From positions 2,272,001 to 2,336,000 of the forward strand of contig OY970194.1 in assembly GCA_963708075.1 (NCBI GenBank): a stretch of 64,000 nt of DNA. Direction: 5' to 3'. Both the position numbers and the translations under genes were made by a program. This document shows positions 9,658-19,332 of this stretch, in pieces; positions within the stretch are counted from its first letter, which is position 1; each line of letters opens with the position of its first letter. Source of the stretch: Sedimentisphaerales bacterium (GTDB lineage Bacteria; Planctomycetota; Phycisphaerae; Sedimentisphaerales; Anaerobacaceae). The notes beneath the pieces are model-generated. The model had not been told where the DNA came from. It searched no databases and worked only from the letters and a program-made list of their open reading frames with translations.

Positions 9658-9825
9658 TTGGCGAAAAACCAGTACACGTTTGAGAAGCGCAGGCGAGAAA
9701 TCGAGAAGAAACGCAAGAAGGAAGAGAAGCTTCAGCGCAAGGCCGACAAGCAGGAGCCCTCGCCCGAAGGGAATGCGGAGGCGCCCGTCGCCGAAGACCA
9801 GACTCAGCCGAGCCCGGAGGAGTAA
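9658..9825 (+). CDS. Small basic/acidic protein (55 aa), absent from the ORF track
   Basis: AAAAGGAG RBS, TTG start, MAKNQYTFEKRRREIEKKRKKEEKLQRK... Confidence 0.7.
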   Translation: MAKNQYTFEKRRREIEKKRKKEEKLQRKADKQEPSPEGNAEAPVAEDQTQPSPEE

Positions 9826-9972
9826 CGCACGGGCAACCACGGGATCGTTTTCTTGTCATCTCGCTCTATCGTAGATTGGGCCCGATCACGGCTGGATTGC
9901 CGGGATCGGCGACCCATTCGGCGCAGGAGCCGCCACGATATCTGGTCGCACACCGCCGGCTGGAACGTGCCG

Positions 9973-10008
9973 GAAAAGGATAGGGCTGCGAGTGGCGGTC
10001 GCAGCCCC
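9973..10008 (-). terminator. Rho-independent terminator
   Basis: GGGCTGCGA-loop-TCGCAGCCC then T-rich tail on minus strand, after the PEP-CTERM-like gene. Confidence 0.55.
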
Positions 10009-10036
10009 GGAATCGCGTTCGTGTCGTGGTGATGCG

Positions 10037-10606
10037 TTATGAGATTCTGCGGCGGACCCAGCCGACGAGGCCCGCGCCGATGAAGCCCAGGACGGCGGCG
10101 CCGGGGGCCGGGATGCATCCTACGCTGGCAATGGAGTTCAGCGCCTCGACGGCATCGAGGTCGTAGCCTTCGAATTCGCCGCTGTCCTCGATTCCGACGA
10201 ACCTGACGAAGTCGACGAAATTCAGGCCGGGGTAATCGGCGAGGTCGAAGCCGTCGCTGTTGGTGATTCGGCCCAGGAACGTGCACGGGCCGTCACACGA
10301 GCGGCCATAGACATCGACGGAGGCGCCGCAGTTGCCCGCCTCGTAGATCCACAGATCCAGGCCGGGACCATCGTAGACCCTGTTGTCCGTGAAGGCGAGG
10401 GTCAACTGCTCCGGCGTATCGACGGAGACGAAGGCGCCATCCCACGGGCCCAGGGCAGCGGACGGTGGGCCCCCCGTATCGGAGGAGCCTGCGGGCTGAA
10501 TGAAGTCAACTACGGCATCCGCCCATGGCGTGCTCGCGCCGAAGCACACCGGGCCGCTCAAGCCAACCACCAGGACAAACGTGATTCTCAACAGTCTTGT
10601 GTTCAT
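10037..10606 (-). CDS. PEP-CTERM-like (IPAP variant) exosortase-target surface protein
   Basis: Signal peptide; C-terminal IPAPGA + TM helix + RRR. Confidence 0.8.
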   Translation of the reverse strand: MNTRLLRITFVLVVGLSGPVCFGASTPWADAVVDFIQPAGSSDTGGPPSAALGPWDGAFVSVDTPEQLTLAFTDNRVYDGPGLDLWIYEAGNCGASVDVYGRSCDGPCTFLGRITNSDGFDLADYPGLNFVDFVRFVGIEDSGEFEGYDLDAVEALNSIASVGCIPAPGAAVLGFIGAGLVGWVRRRIS

Positions 10607-11192
10607 ACTCTTTCCTCCTAAGAATGCACCGAGCTCCGAACCAGATTTCTCCCCGTGAGAAAGTCCGCTGATCCGCTATTCGGTTGTTGTCCGCTTCTCC
10701 GTGCCCGCCATGCGACGCCGTCGTGGATCGCATGCCCGCCAAGTCGAACTTCCATAGACTCCCCATTACGTAAAATCCTGATCGGCCTTCGCCTTTCTCC
10801 GACGGCAGATATCCTATGCCGAACAGATTTTGGAGCATTTGCCTTAGGACGAGTAGTACTGCGTTTCTGCCTGCAGGGCATTCAGGAAAAGGCGAGTTTG
10901 GGTATAGCGAAATGCCCGGTCTGTTGTAGGTGATTGGCGGGTGTGATCTGTTGTGGCAGGTAGAGGCTGCATTCACGGCATGAAATGCGGCCTAAAATGA
11001 GTGATGCCCCACCGATCTGTCGTTGATGCGAGTTGCATCAACCGATTCGGTGGGGCAACACCCTGTATCTTGAACAGGCCGCCATTGGAATCGGTGAGAG
11101 CGAAGCGTTGTGCCTTTTTCAGTGTTCTAAGCTCCCACGCGGTCCTGGTTATCCTTGCCGGCGATAAGCCGGGAAGAGGACATGGGTACGAT

Positions 11193-11882
11193 TTACCTCT
11201 TCCTCCTCGACTTCGGCTCCTTGCGCTCGACCTCTATGTCCTCTTTGCGGACTTCGCCGCTAACCTCCTCTTCTTCCGTGCGAGCTTCCTTATGGGCCCG
11301 AATTTCCTCTTTCACGACCGGCCGCTTGCGGACCTCCACCTCCTCTTCCACGATGGGGATCCTCACTTCCTCTTCGCGGAACTCCGCTTCGCCGATATCG
11401 CGTCCATAGGGCTCTTCCACAGGCGTTCGCTCTATTACGACTTCCTCTTTCTGTATCGGAACCTTCATTTCCCTGGTCTCGGTGTGGACGACCTTGTGGA
11501 GTCGTACTTCGCCTTCGCGCTGCTGCTTCTCGGCCTCGAGCTCCTCCTCGCGGAGCGGGATCTTCGTTTCTTCTCGCTGGCCCGCTTCTCTCGTGGTTTC
11601 CCTGTTGGCGCGATCATAATCATCCCAGCCGGTATAGCCTTCGTCCCGCCATCCCTCCAGGTCGGCACGGCTTCGGCTGACGACCAGATGGTCCTCGCGG
11701 ATATCTACGACGTCGTCATAGCGGATCGTGAAATCCCTGGGGAAGAACCAGCCCTTTTCGATCGTGATGCTATCGTCGTCGAGTCGTTCGACTTCGCCGA
11801 GCTTCTCGCCATCTACGCTAAACGCATCCATGCCCGTATGAAGGTCGGGATGCGTGTTGAGAAATTCATCTTTGTTCAACAT
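11193..11882 (-). CDS. YsnF/AvaK (DUF2382) domain protein with N-terminal PRC-barrel-like domain
   Basis: IPLREEEL, GEVRLHKVV, EEVVIER and KRPVVKEEI motifs. Confidence 0.85.
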   Translation of the reverse strand: MLNKDEFLNTHPDLHTGMDAFSVDGEKLGEVERLDDDSITIEKGWFFPRDFTIRYDDVVDIREDHLVVSRSRADLEGWRDEGYTGWDDYDRANRETTREAGQREETKIPLREEELEAEKQQREGEVRLHKVVHTETREMKVPIQKEEVVIERTPVEEPYGRDIGEAEFREEEVRIPIVEEEVEVRKRPVVKEEIRAHKEARTEEEEVSGEVRKEDIEVERKEPKSRRKR

Positions 11883-12223
11883 GATAATGCTCCTTGCTTC
11901 TTGATGCCGAGCCTATGATCACTGCCATTCTCTTCAGTTTCATCCCTTGAGGGATCAACGTCTCATCTTTCCTGTCTACATGTTTCTACGACGCGGGCCC
12001 GGATGCAGACCGGGCCGGTCGGATAGCATCCGACTGAATCGGCCTTCCATGTTTACCTAGCGCAAGGCGAAGAGCCTGTGGGATGTGTAGAAACTGTGTT
12101 CGATATGAAGCACCCGTTGGGCAGGACGCACTATGAACGTGAGGAATAGCCGGCGTCCCTACGCGATCCACACATGGCCAATCCGGACTCCAAGTGGCAT
12201 CGTCAAGCGAAGCTTGTTCGTAA

Positions 12224-14056
12224 TCAATGACGCAGCCTGACGTCCATTTCGACGGCGTGTTCCATACAGTACGCGCGGATCCTTTCGATCATGACGCGGC
12301 CGTACTGCTCGCATTTCGTCTCGCCGACGCCTCTTACATCAAGGAAACGGTCGAGCGTCGAAGGCCGGCGGCGCGCCATGTCGCGCAGCGCCGCATCGCC
12401 GAAGACCACGTAGGCGGGCACGCCCCGCTCGCGTGCCAGCGTAGACCGCAACGTGCGCAGAGTCTCGAACAGACCCTTGTCCACGCCCTCCCAGGATTCG
12501 GCGCTCGCCTTCGCGGTGCGCTGCCGCTCAGGCTTGCGCGCGGGCTGCAGCAGCCGCGGCGTTACTTCGCCTTTGAGCACGCGATAGCCTTCCGGCGTAA
12601 CGCACAGGACGTTGTACTCGCCGGTCTTTTCGACGAAGCCCTGCCCGGTGAGTTGCTCGATCCAGTCGTGCACGATCCGTTTGTCGTGCTCGCCGAGTAG
12701 CCCGTGGGTGCTCAGGGTATCGTGCCGGTTCTCGAGGATGCGCTGGTCTTGCGAGCCGGTCAGGACCAGGGCAGTATAGGCGCCGCCGAAACGCTGGCCC
12801 AGGCGCAGGATGCAGGAGAGGATTTTCTGGGCGGTAACCAGGGCGTCATCGATGGAGTCCACGTGCCCCAGGCAGATGTCGCAGCCGCCGCAATCGGGCT
12901 GCTTGTACGGCTGGCCGAAGTATCCGAGGATCGCCCGGCGGCGGCAGACTCCTTCCGTGCAGTAGCCGTACATCCGCGTGAGCTTGGCCAAAGCGATTTC
13001 CTTGGCTTGCGGCTCCATGTCGCCCAGCAGGGTCTTCCACACGGCGTAATCACCGCCGGAGTAGAACAGGCAGCATTCAGCCTCCAGCCCATCGCGCCCG
13101 GCCCGCCCGCTCTCCTGCTGGTAGTGCTCCAGCGACTTGGGCATGCCGGCGTGAATCACGTAGCGAACGTTCGACTTATCGATCCCCATGCCGAAGGCAA
13201 TCGTGGCAACGATGGTGTCTACCTTTTCCGAGACGAAGTCATCCTGGCTCTTCTTTCGTGCTTCATCCGCCATGCCGGCGTGATAGGGCGCTGCGCGATA
13301 GCCGTGTGAGACGAGCGTGCTGCACATCTCCTCAACATCGCGGCGGCGGATGCAGTAGATGATGCCGGACTCACCCTTGTGTCGGTCCATAACCTCGCGG
13401 ACCTGCTTGACGATCCGGTCGCGCGGCTGGACCTTGTAGATCAGGTTCGGCCGGTCGAAGGAGCCGACGAGCATAGCGGGCTCTTTCAGCCGCAATTGCT
13501 CGGCGATGTCGAGGCGGACCTGCTCGGTCGCCGTGGCGGTATAGGTGCCGATGGTCACTTCCGGGAAGATTTTACGCAAGGACCCCAATTGCCGATACTC
13601 CGGCCGAAAGTCATGCCCCCACATGCTGATGCAATGCGCCTCGTCGATCGCGATAAACGACAGTTTCAGCGAGCGCAGCATCGAGCTGAACCCCTCGGAC
13701 ATGAGCCGCTCGGGGGATATATATAGGAGCTTGAGCTGCCCCTTGTGGAGGCGCTCCATGGCGCTATCCCGCTCCTCCGGACTCAGGGAGCTGTCGATTC
13801 GTGCCGCTGCCACGCCGCACTCCGTCAGCGCATCCACCTGGTCCTTCATCAGGGAAATCAGCGGAGAGACCACAACAGCCAGGCCGGGCGCGATCAGGGC
13901 CGGGACCTGAAAACACAGCGACTTGCCGCCGCCGGTCGGCAGGACCACAATGACATCCCGCCCGCCGCAGAGATGCTCCATGGCCTCTTTCTGCAGTGGC
14001 CGGAACTCTTTGTAGCCCCAGTATTGCTCTAACGCCTTCTTGAGCCGCTCAACCAA
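12224..14056 (-). CDS. recQ: ATP-dependent DNA helicase RecQ
   Basis: PTGGGKS, DEAHC, QESGRAGRDG, Zn/RQC and HRDC domains; TTG start inferred (longer ORF runs into the repeat array). Confidence 0.95.
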   Translation of the reverse strand: MVERLKKALEQYWGYKEFRPLQKEAMEHLCGGRDVIVVLPTGGGKSLCFQVPALIAPGLAVVVSPLISLMKDQVDALTECGVAAARIDSSLSPEERDSAMERLHKGQLKLLYISPERLMSEGFSSMLRSLKLSFIAIDEAHCISMWGHDFRPEYRQLGSLRKIFPEVTIGTYTATATEQVRLDIAEQLRLKEPAMLVGSFDRPNLIYKVQPRDRIVKQVREVMDRHKGESGIIYCIRRRDVEEMCSTLVSHGYRAAPYHAGMADEARKKSQDDFVSEKVDTIVATIAFGMGIDKSNVRYVIHAGMPKSLEHYQQESGRAGRDGLEAECCLFYSGGDYAVWKTLLGDMEPQAKEIALAKLTRMYGYCTEGVCRRRAILGYFGQPYKQPDCGGCDICLGHVDSIDDALVTAQKILSCILRLGQRFGGAYTALVLTGSQDQRILENRHDTLSTHGLLGEHDKRIVHDWIEQLTGQGFVEKTGEYNVLCVTPEGYRVLKGEVTPRLLQPARKPERQRTAKASAESWEGVDKGLFETLRTLRSTLARERGVPAYVVFGDAALRDMARRRPSTLDRFLDVRGVGETKCEQYGRVMIERIRAYCMEHAVEMDVRLRH

Positions 14057-14146
14057 ATCCGTCGCCTCTAAAACCAAGGGGGGTCCAAACGCCACGGTAT
14101 TATACACGACATCAATGCGCCAAGCCAGCCCACAGGCCCAGCGATC

Positions 14147-14800
14147 GTGGCTTTGTTTCGCACAACCGCCCATGCAGCCCCCTTCGGCCTCCCGCCTACC
14201 GCCTCCGGCCCGTTCCCCGCAAATTGGCTTTGTTTCGCACAATCGCTTATCCCCTCTCCGGCGGCCGCGTCAAGCGAAGCTTGGCGATGGTCGTCCCGAG
14301 ACACCTCAGATTGGCTTTGTTTCGCACAACCGCCCGTGCAGTCCGCTCCGGCCTCCAGGCTGTTCCCCGCGAATTGGCTTTGTTTTGCACGACAGGCCCT
14401 TCGCCATCTGGCAGGTGGGCTCTGCCCGCCATCTGTCCGGCAGGGCCAATTGGCTTTGTTTGGCGAGGCAGAGCGAGCGGCCCCGCTGGTCCCAGGTTGC
14501 CGGACGGAGTCCCGGCCCCCGAATTGGCTTTGTTTCGCATCATCGCACAAGCGAACATAACCCCTTTCCCACAAAGAACTTTCCGCTGATCCCGCCCACC
14601 GACGTTGGCTTTGTTTCACAGAATCACTCACCACAGTCTGCGTGGCAGCGGCAAGCGCATGCTTGCCGATGCCACCCGTCTTAGGACTCCTCAAATTGGC
14701 TTTGTTTTGCAGATTCAGTCATCCGCTCCCCGCCTTCAATCCGCACTCCGCATTCCGCACTCCCAGGCTCCGGCCCGTAATTGGCTTTGTTTTGCACAAC
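14147..14800 (+). repeat. Array of nine short direct repeats with variable spacers (CRISPR-like architecture, not CRISPR)
   Basis: Invariant TGGCTTTGTTT at 14148, 14225, 14312, 14375, 14451, 14525, 14606, 14697, 14782; consensus AATTGGCTTTGTTTYGCAYAA. Confidence 0.9.
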
Positions 14801-15239
14801 TTGGCCCCACCGGGGCGACTTGCACCTGACCGGTCATGGCAAGCCCTCCTGGAATTCACGATTTACGAATTGTGATTTACGATTTGAGCACGGCCGCTGG
14901 GCCTGCCTTTCCGGCGCGCCGGCGAATCGGCGAGACTTGGTCATCCGCCCATATAACAGGGACGCTCACGGCGTCGGATTGTTGCAGGGATTTCCGTCCA
15001 GAGATGAAAATGCTTACAAGCCTTTGTACCTCATGGACTTACGGCCCCGGATTTTTCGCGCATACCCCAAAGGTGGATGTAACCTCTTATGCCGCCACGA
15101 TTTACGCCGGGTGGCATCGCCAAGCGGAGCCGTTCATGGACCTTTGGCGCACCCAAGAGGATGAAAATGGTGTCGGTCGGCCAGATTTACGTAAGTCTCG
15201 GCCGGTGCGAGACTTGGCCAACTTCGCATCGCTTTTCAC

Positions 15240-15602
15240 CTACTGTATTCTCAGAGGAGTCCTCGGAGCTTGCCGATGGCGTTGCCCCGACACGGGCGCG
15301 CGCCCTTGGAACAGGTGCCCGCTTCGCCGGTGCCGGCGGTTATGCCATGAGCCGTACGCCACTTGCAGCCACTGCATCGCCGCCGAGAGGTTCGCGTCGC
15401 CCGTCTTGACCAGAAGGTCGTAGTGGTTGCCCATGAGCACATAGGCAAAGACACGCAACTCGAACCGCTGCGAGCACCGGCCCAGCCGGTCGAGAAAGCC
15501 CTCGTAGTCGTGCTCATCGCGAAAGATCACTCGCCGCTCATTGCCGCGATTGAGCACGTGATAGAACGTATCCTCCTGATCGATGCGTAACGGTCGTGCC
15601 AT
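15240..15602 (-). pseudogene. Truncated REP-associated tyrosine transposase (RAYT, Y1/HUH family)
   Basis: MARPLRI, YHVLNRGN, AYVLMGNHYDLL (HUH altered), GHLFQGR, after which homology ends. Confidence 0.85.
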
Positions 15603-15681
15603 GAACAGCAGGGTGCAACATGTCACAACGTGCGGTCAAGCAAGTAAATCCTTATTCCTTATTCCGAACGTGAAAGGAGAA

Positions 15682-15756
15682 AAGGGGTCAGGCTTTGGAT
15701 GTAGGTGCCGACCCTATTCTTCCGCGCCAATACCTATGTCCAAAGCCTGACCCCTT
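15682..15756. repeat. REP-like palindrome next to the RAYT
   Basis: AAGGGGTCAGGCTTTGGA...TCCAAAGCCTGACCCCTT arms. Confidence 0.8.
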
Positions 15757-18154
15757 CTCCTCTGTGCAGCGCCTGTTCACGGATCGGATCATCCTCGATG
15801 TGCCGATCGTCACCATCGGGAAGGATTCGAGCGTCGTCATCGACATGGACGCGATGCTGATCGGCCAATGCGAGAAGTTCTTCGGCAGCCGTTTCAAGGG
15901 CTCCAACCCCAAGCTGGCGAAGATTCAGAAGGCCAAGGCGTTCCCGGAGAACGTCGAGCTGGCGTTCGAGATCCCCTCGGCCGGCGGCCGGCTTCAGACG
16001 GTGCATTACTCTATCAGCGTCATCCCGCCAAACACAGGCTACAAGCCGCGAAAGGCTGATTCACGCGTCGGGTACTTCACCACGACCTTCAGCGATTACG
16101 GGCAGTTCAAAGAGCCCGAGACCAAGGTGCGGTACGTCAACCGGTGGAACGTGGAGAAGGCCGACCCGTCGCTCCAGGTCAGCCCGCCGAAGAACCCGAT
16201 CGTCTTTTACATCGAGAACACGACGCCCGTGCGGTACCGCCGCTGGGTCCGCCAAGGCATCCTCTACTGGAACCAGGCCTTCGAGAAGGTCGGCATCTCC
16301 AACGCTATCGAGGTCTACTACCAGGACAAGAAGTCGGGCGCCCACATGGAAAAGGACCCGGAGGACGTGCGATACAACTTCATCCGCTGGCTGAGCAACA
16401 ACCAGGGCACGGCGATCGGCCCCAGCCGCGTCAATCCGGAGACCGGGCAGATTCTCGACGCCGACGTCGTTCTGACGGATGGCTGGATCCGGCATTACTG
16501 GACCACCTATCACAAGATTATGCCGCAGCTCGCGATGGAAGGCATGAGTCCCGAGACGATGGCGTGGCTGGCGGACCATCCCCGCTGGGACCCGCGCCTC
16601 CGCCTGGCCCCGCCCGCCCAGCGAGAATTCCTGCAGCAGCAGATTGCCCAGGAGCGAAGCATGCCCTACGGCGGCCATCCGATCACCAAGGTCCGGCCGG
16701 AGCTGATCGGCGACGACGAATACGATGGCCTGGCCGGCACGATGTGCCAACGCAACGGGCTGTGCACGCTCGAATGGGGCAAGGCCTTCGATGTGGCCAT
16801 GTTCCGGATGGAATTGGCCTTCGCGGAAGCCGAGGAGAAGAACAAGGCCGAGGACGGAAAGAAGGAAGAGGATAAGGACAAGGAGCCCATGATCGACGGC
16901 ATGCCCGAGTCCTTCATCGGTCCCCTGCTGGCCGAGCTGGCCTGTCACGAGATCGGACACACGCTCGGCCTGCGGCACAACTTCAAGGCTTCCAGCACGT
17001 ACACCATGGCGGAGATCAACAGCAAGGGCATGAAGGCCGCGAAGCCACACGCCGGCTCCGTCATGGACTACCTGCCCGTCAACATGAACGTCGAGGACGG
17101 CGAGGTCCAGGGCGACTACTGCATGATCTGCGTCGGCCCCTACGATTACTGGGCCATCGAGTATGGATATGCACAGGACGAGAAGAAGCTCAAGGACATC
17201 CTCAGCCGGGTGGCCGAGCCGGAATTGCAGTACGCGACCGACGAGGACACGTTCGGGCCCGACCCGCTGGCTCGCCGGTACGACTTCAGCAAGGACCCGC
17301 TCGACTACGCCCGCAACCAGATGCGCATCGCCACGCGCAACCGCGGGAGAATCCTCAGCGACCTGGTGAAAGAGGGCGACAGTTGGTCCAAGGCCCGCCG
17401 CTACTACGAGCTGACCCTCGGCCTGCAGATGCGGGTGGTGGGCATGATGGCGAACTGGCTCGGCGGCGATTTCATCCATCGGGACAAGAAAGGCGACAAG
17501 AACGGCCGGGCGCCCATCGAGCCCGTTCCCGCCAGGCAGCAGCGGGATGCACTGGCGTTCGTGGTCGAGAACGCCTTCCAGGATCAGGCGTACGGCCTGA
17601 CGCCGGAGCTGCTCAGCCACATGGCCGAGGAGAAATGGTGGGACGACTGGTCGTCGATCGTCGAGGATTCCACATGGCCCATACATGATCGGATCATGGG
17701 CTTCCAGGCCTACACGCTGACGATGTTGATGAATCCCGACACGTTGCGGCGAATTTATGACAACGAGTTCCTGATTCCCGCGCAGGCGGACGTCCTCAGC
17801 CTGCCGGAGTTGCTCGAAGCAATCAAGCAGGCCGCCTGGACCGAGCTGGATCAGCCGGCCGGCGCCAAGCATGACGCGCGGAACCCGATGATTTCCAGCC
17901 TGCGGCGCAACCTGCAGCGCGAGCACATGGAGCGGCTGATCGACCTGAGCCGATCGGACGCCATCGGCTCGGCCGTCTATAAGCCAATCGCCACGCTCGT
18001 CGTCGAGCAGCTTCGCCAGCTCAAGGGGAAGATCGATTCCGTGCTCGACACGCACAAGGAGTCGCTGGACCCGTACACCCAGGCGCACTTGAGAGACGCC
18101 AGCGTGCAGATCCAGAAGGCGCTGGACGCCCAGTACATCTATCAGGGGCTCTGA
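15695..18154 (+). CDS. Zinc-dependent metalloprotease (DUF5117/DUF4953 type), apparently 5'-truncated
   Basis: DSRVGYF, HEIGHTLGLRHNF, SVMDY; no signal peptide; first ~21 codons read through the palindrome. Confidence 0.85.
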   Translation: MDVGADPILPRQYLCPKPDPFSSVQRLFTDRIILDVPIVTIGKDSSVVIDMDAMLIGQCEKFFGSRFKGSNPKLAKIQKAKAFPENVELAFEIPSAGGRLQTVHYSISVIPPNTGYKPRKADSRVGYFTTTFSDYGQFKEPETKVRYVNRWNVEKADPSLQVSPPKNPIVFYIENTTPVRYRRWVRQGILYWNQAFEKVGISNAIEVYYQDKKSGAHMEKDPEDVRYNFIRWLSNNQGTAIGPSRVNPETGQILDADVVLTDGWIRHYWTTYHKIMPQLAMEGMSPETMAWLADHPRWDPRLRLAPPAQREFLQQQIAQERSMPYGGHPITKVRPELIGDDEYDGLAGTMCQRNGLCTLEWGKAFDVAMFRMELAFAEAEEKNKAEDGKKEEDKDKEPMIDGMPESFIGPLLAELACHEIGHTLGLRHNFKASSTYTMAEINSKGMKAAKPHAGSVMDYLPVNMNVEDGEVQGDYCMICVGPYDYWAIEYGYAQDEKKLKDILSRVAEPELQYATDEDTFGPDPLARRYDFSKDPLDYARNQMRIATRNRGRILSDLVKEGDSWSKARRYYELTLGLQMRVVGMMANWLGGDFIHRDKKGDKNGRAPIEPVPARQQRDALAFVVENAFQDQAYGLTPELLSHMAEEKWWDDWSSIVEDSTWPIHDRIMGFQAYTLTMLMNPDTLRRIYDNEFLIPAQADVLSLPELLEAIKQAAWTELDQPAGAKHDARNPMISSLRRNLQREHMERLIDLSRSDAIGSAVYKPIATLVVEQLRQLKGKIDSVLDTHKESLDPYTQAHLRDASVQIQKALDAQYIYQGL

Positions 18155-18214
18155 TACGCGGAGGCTGCTGCAGATCTTCGCGGCGCAAGAGAGCACCAGG
18201 CTATGAAGACCACA

Positions 18215-18250
18215 CGGGGCTGCGAGCGACCCTCGCAGCCCCGTTCTTTT
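18215..18250 (+). terminator. Rho-independent terminator
   Basis: CGGGGCTGCGAG-loop-CTCGCAGCCCCG-TTCTTTT. Confidence 0.75.
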
Positions 18251-18268
18251 GCCGTCGTGATGAACGGC

Positions 18269-18448
18269 CGGGTGCCATGTCTACGCTTGCGTAGACATGT
18301 TCCGTTCGACAGGCAAGGCATGCTTACGCGAGCGTGAGCATGGCACCCGGCGATTTTGTCATCCTGAGGCGAAGCCGAAGGATCCGGTCATCGAAAGAGA
18401 GGTTTCTCCCGCTCGCGGGCCAGATCCTTCGCTTCGCTCAGGATGACA
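18269..18448. repeat. Two adjacent REP-doublet palindromes
   Basis: GGGTGCCATG...CATGGCACCC and TGTCATCCTGAG...CTCAGGATGACA between convergent genes. Confidence 0.7.
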
Positions 18449-18479
18449 GACGCGACGTGTGAATCAACTACAATCCGCG

Positions 18480-19331
18480 TCAGGCATTCAACATGGCCTG
18501 AGTCACTTTGATCACGTCGAGCATGGGGCCGACGTCGTGGACGCGGAGGATGGACACGCCGGCGGTGACGCACATGGCGACCGCGGCGGCCGTGCCGAAG
18601 ACCCGGTCGGATGGTTTGTCCCGGCCTGTGATCCTGCCGATGAACGCCTTGCGGCTCGGGCCAACGAGGACCCGATAGCCGGTGGCGGCCAACTCGTCGA
18701 GGTGCTTCAAGAGCAGCAGGTTGTGCTGCAACGTCTTGCCAAAGCCGATGCCCGGGTCGATGATGATCCGCTCGCGGGCGATGCCGAAGCCCTCCGCCCT
18801 CTTCGCGCGTTCGACGAGAAAATCGCGAACCTCTTTCACCACATCCGTGTATGTCGGCTCGACCTGCATGGTGGCGGGCGAGCCCTGGATGTGCATCAGG
18901 ACGACAGGGACCTGCTCTTTGGCGGCCAATTCCGCCACTCGCTCGTCGGCCAGCGCCGTGATGTCATTGATGATCGACGCTCCGGCCTGGAGCGCCGCAC
19001 GCGCAACCTCAACGTCACGCGTATCGATGCTGATGGGGATGTCGACTCTCTCGGCGAGCGCTTCGATCACCGGGACAACGCGATGGATTTGCTCGGCCGA
19101 GGGGACCGGCTGTGAGCCGGGCCGGGTCGATTCCCCGCCGATGTCCAGGATGGCGGCGCCGTCATTGATCATTCTCAGGCCGTGCTCCACCGCCCTGCTG
19201 AAGTCGAAGAACTGCCCGCCATCACTGAACGAGTCCGGCGTGATGTTCAGGATGCCCATGAGCAGGCAGCCGCAGGAGAAGTCCAGTTGTCCCTTCGGCC
19301 ATTGCAGTACGGCTTCTCCTGTCGATTTCAT
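18480..19331 (-). CDS. folP: Dihydropteroate synthase
   Basis: MGILNITPDSFSDGG, GGESTRPG, IDPGIGFGK, SRK and RVHDV motifs. Confidence 0.96.
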   Translation of the reverse strand: MKSTGEAVLQWPKGQLDFSCGCLLMGILNITPDSFSDGGQFFDFSRAVEHGLRMINDGAAILDIGGESTRPGSQPVPSAEQIHRVVPVIEALAERVDIPISIDTRDVEVARAALQAGASIINDITALADERVAELAAKEQVPVVLMHIQGSPATMQVEPTYTDVVKEVRDFLVERAKRAEGFGIARERIIIDPGIGFGKTLQHNLLLLKHLDELAATGYRVLVGPSRKAFIGRITGRDKPSDRVFGTAAAVAMCVTAGVSILRVHDVGPMLDVIKVTQAMLNA

Positions 19332-19332
19332 G

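Noticed and set aside
14147..14800. Canonical CRISPR array
   Set aside because: Repeat is short and degenerate, period varies from 63 to 91 nt, spacers are partly related to each other, and no cas genes are in the window.
14040..14875. ORFs with KQSQF/NWLCF/LALF repeats and the N-terminal extension of RecQ
   Set aside because: Repeat periods are not consistently multiples of three and ORFs appear in all frames; these are translations of non-coding repeats.
16061..18196. Long antisense ORFs (also 22901-24634, 43828-46005, 49670-51274)
   Set aside because: Shadow frames of high-GC genes whose opposite strand has clear family motifs.
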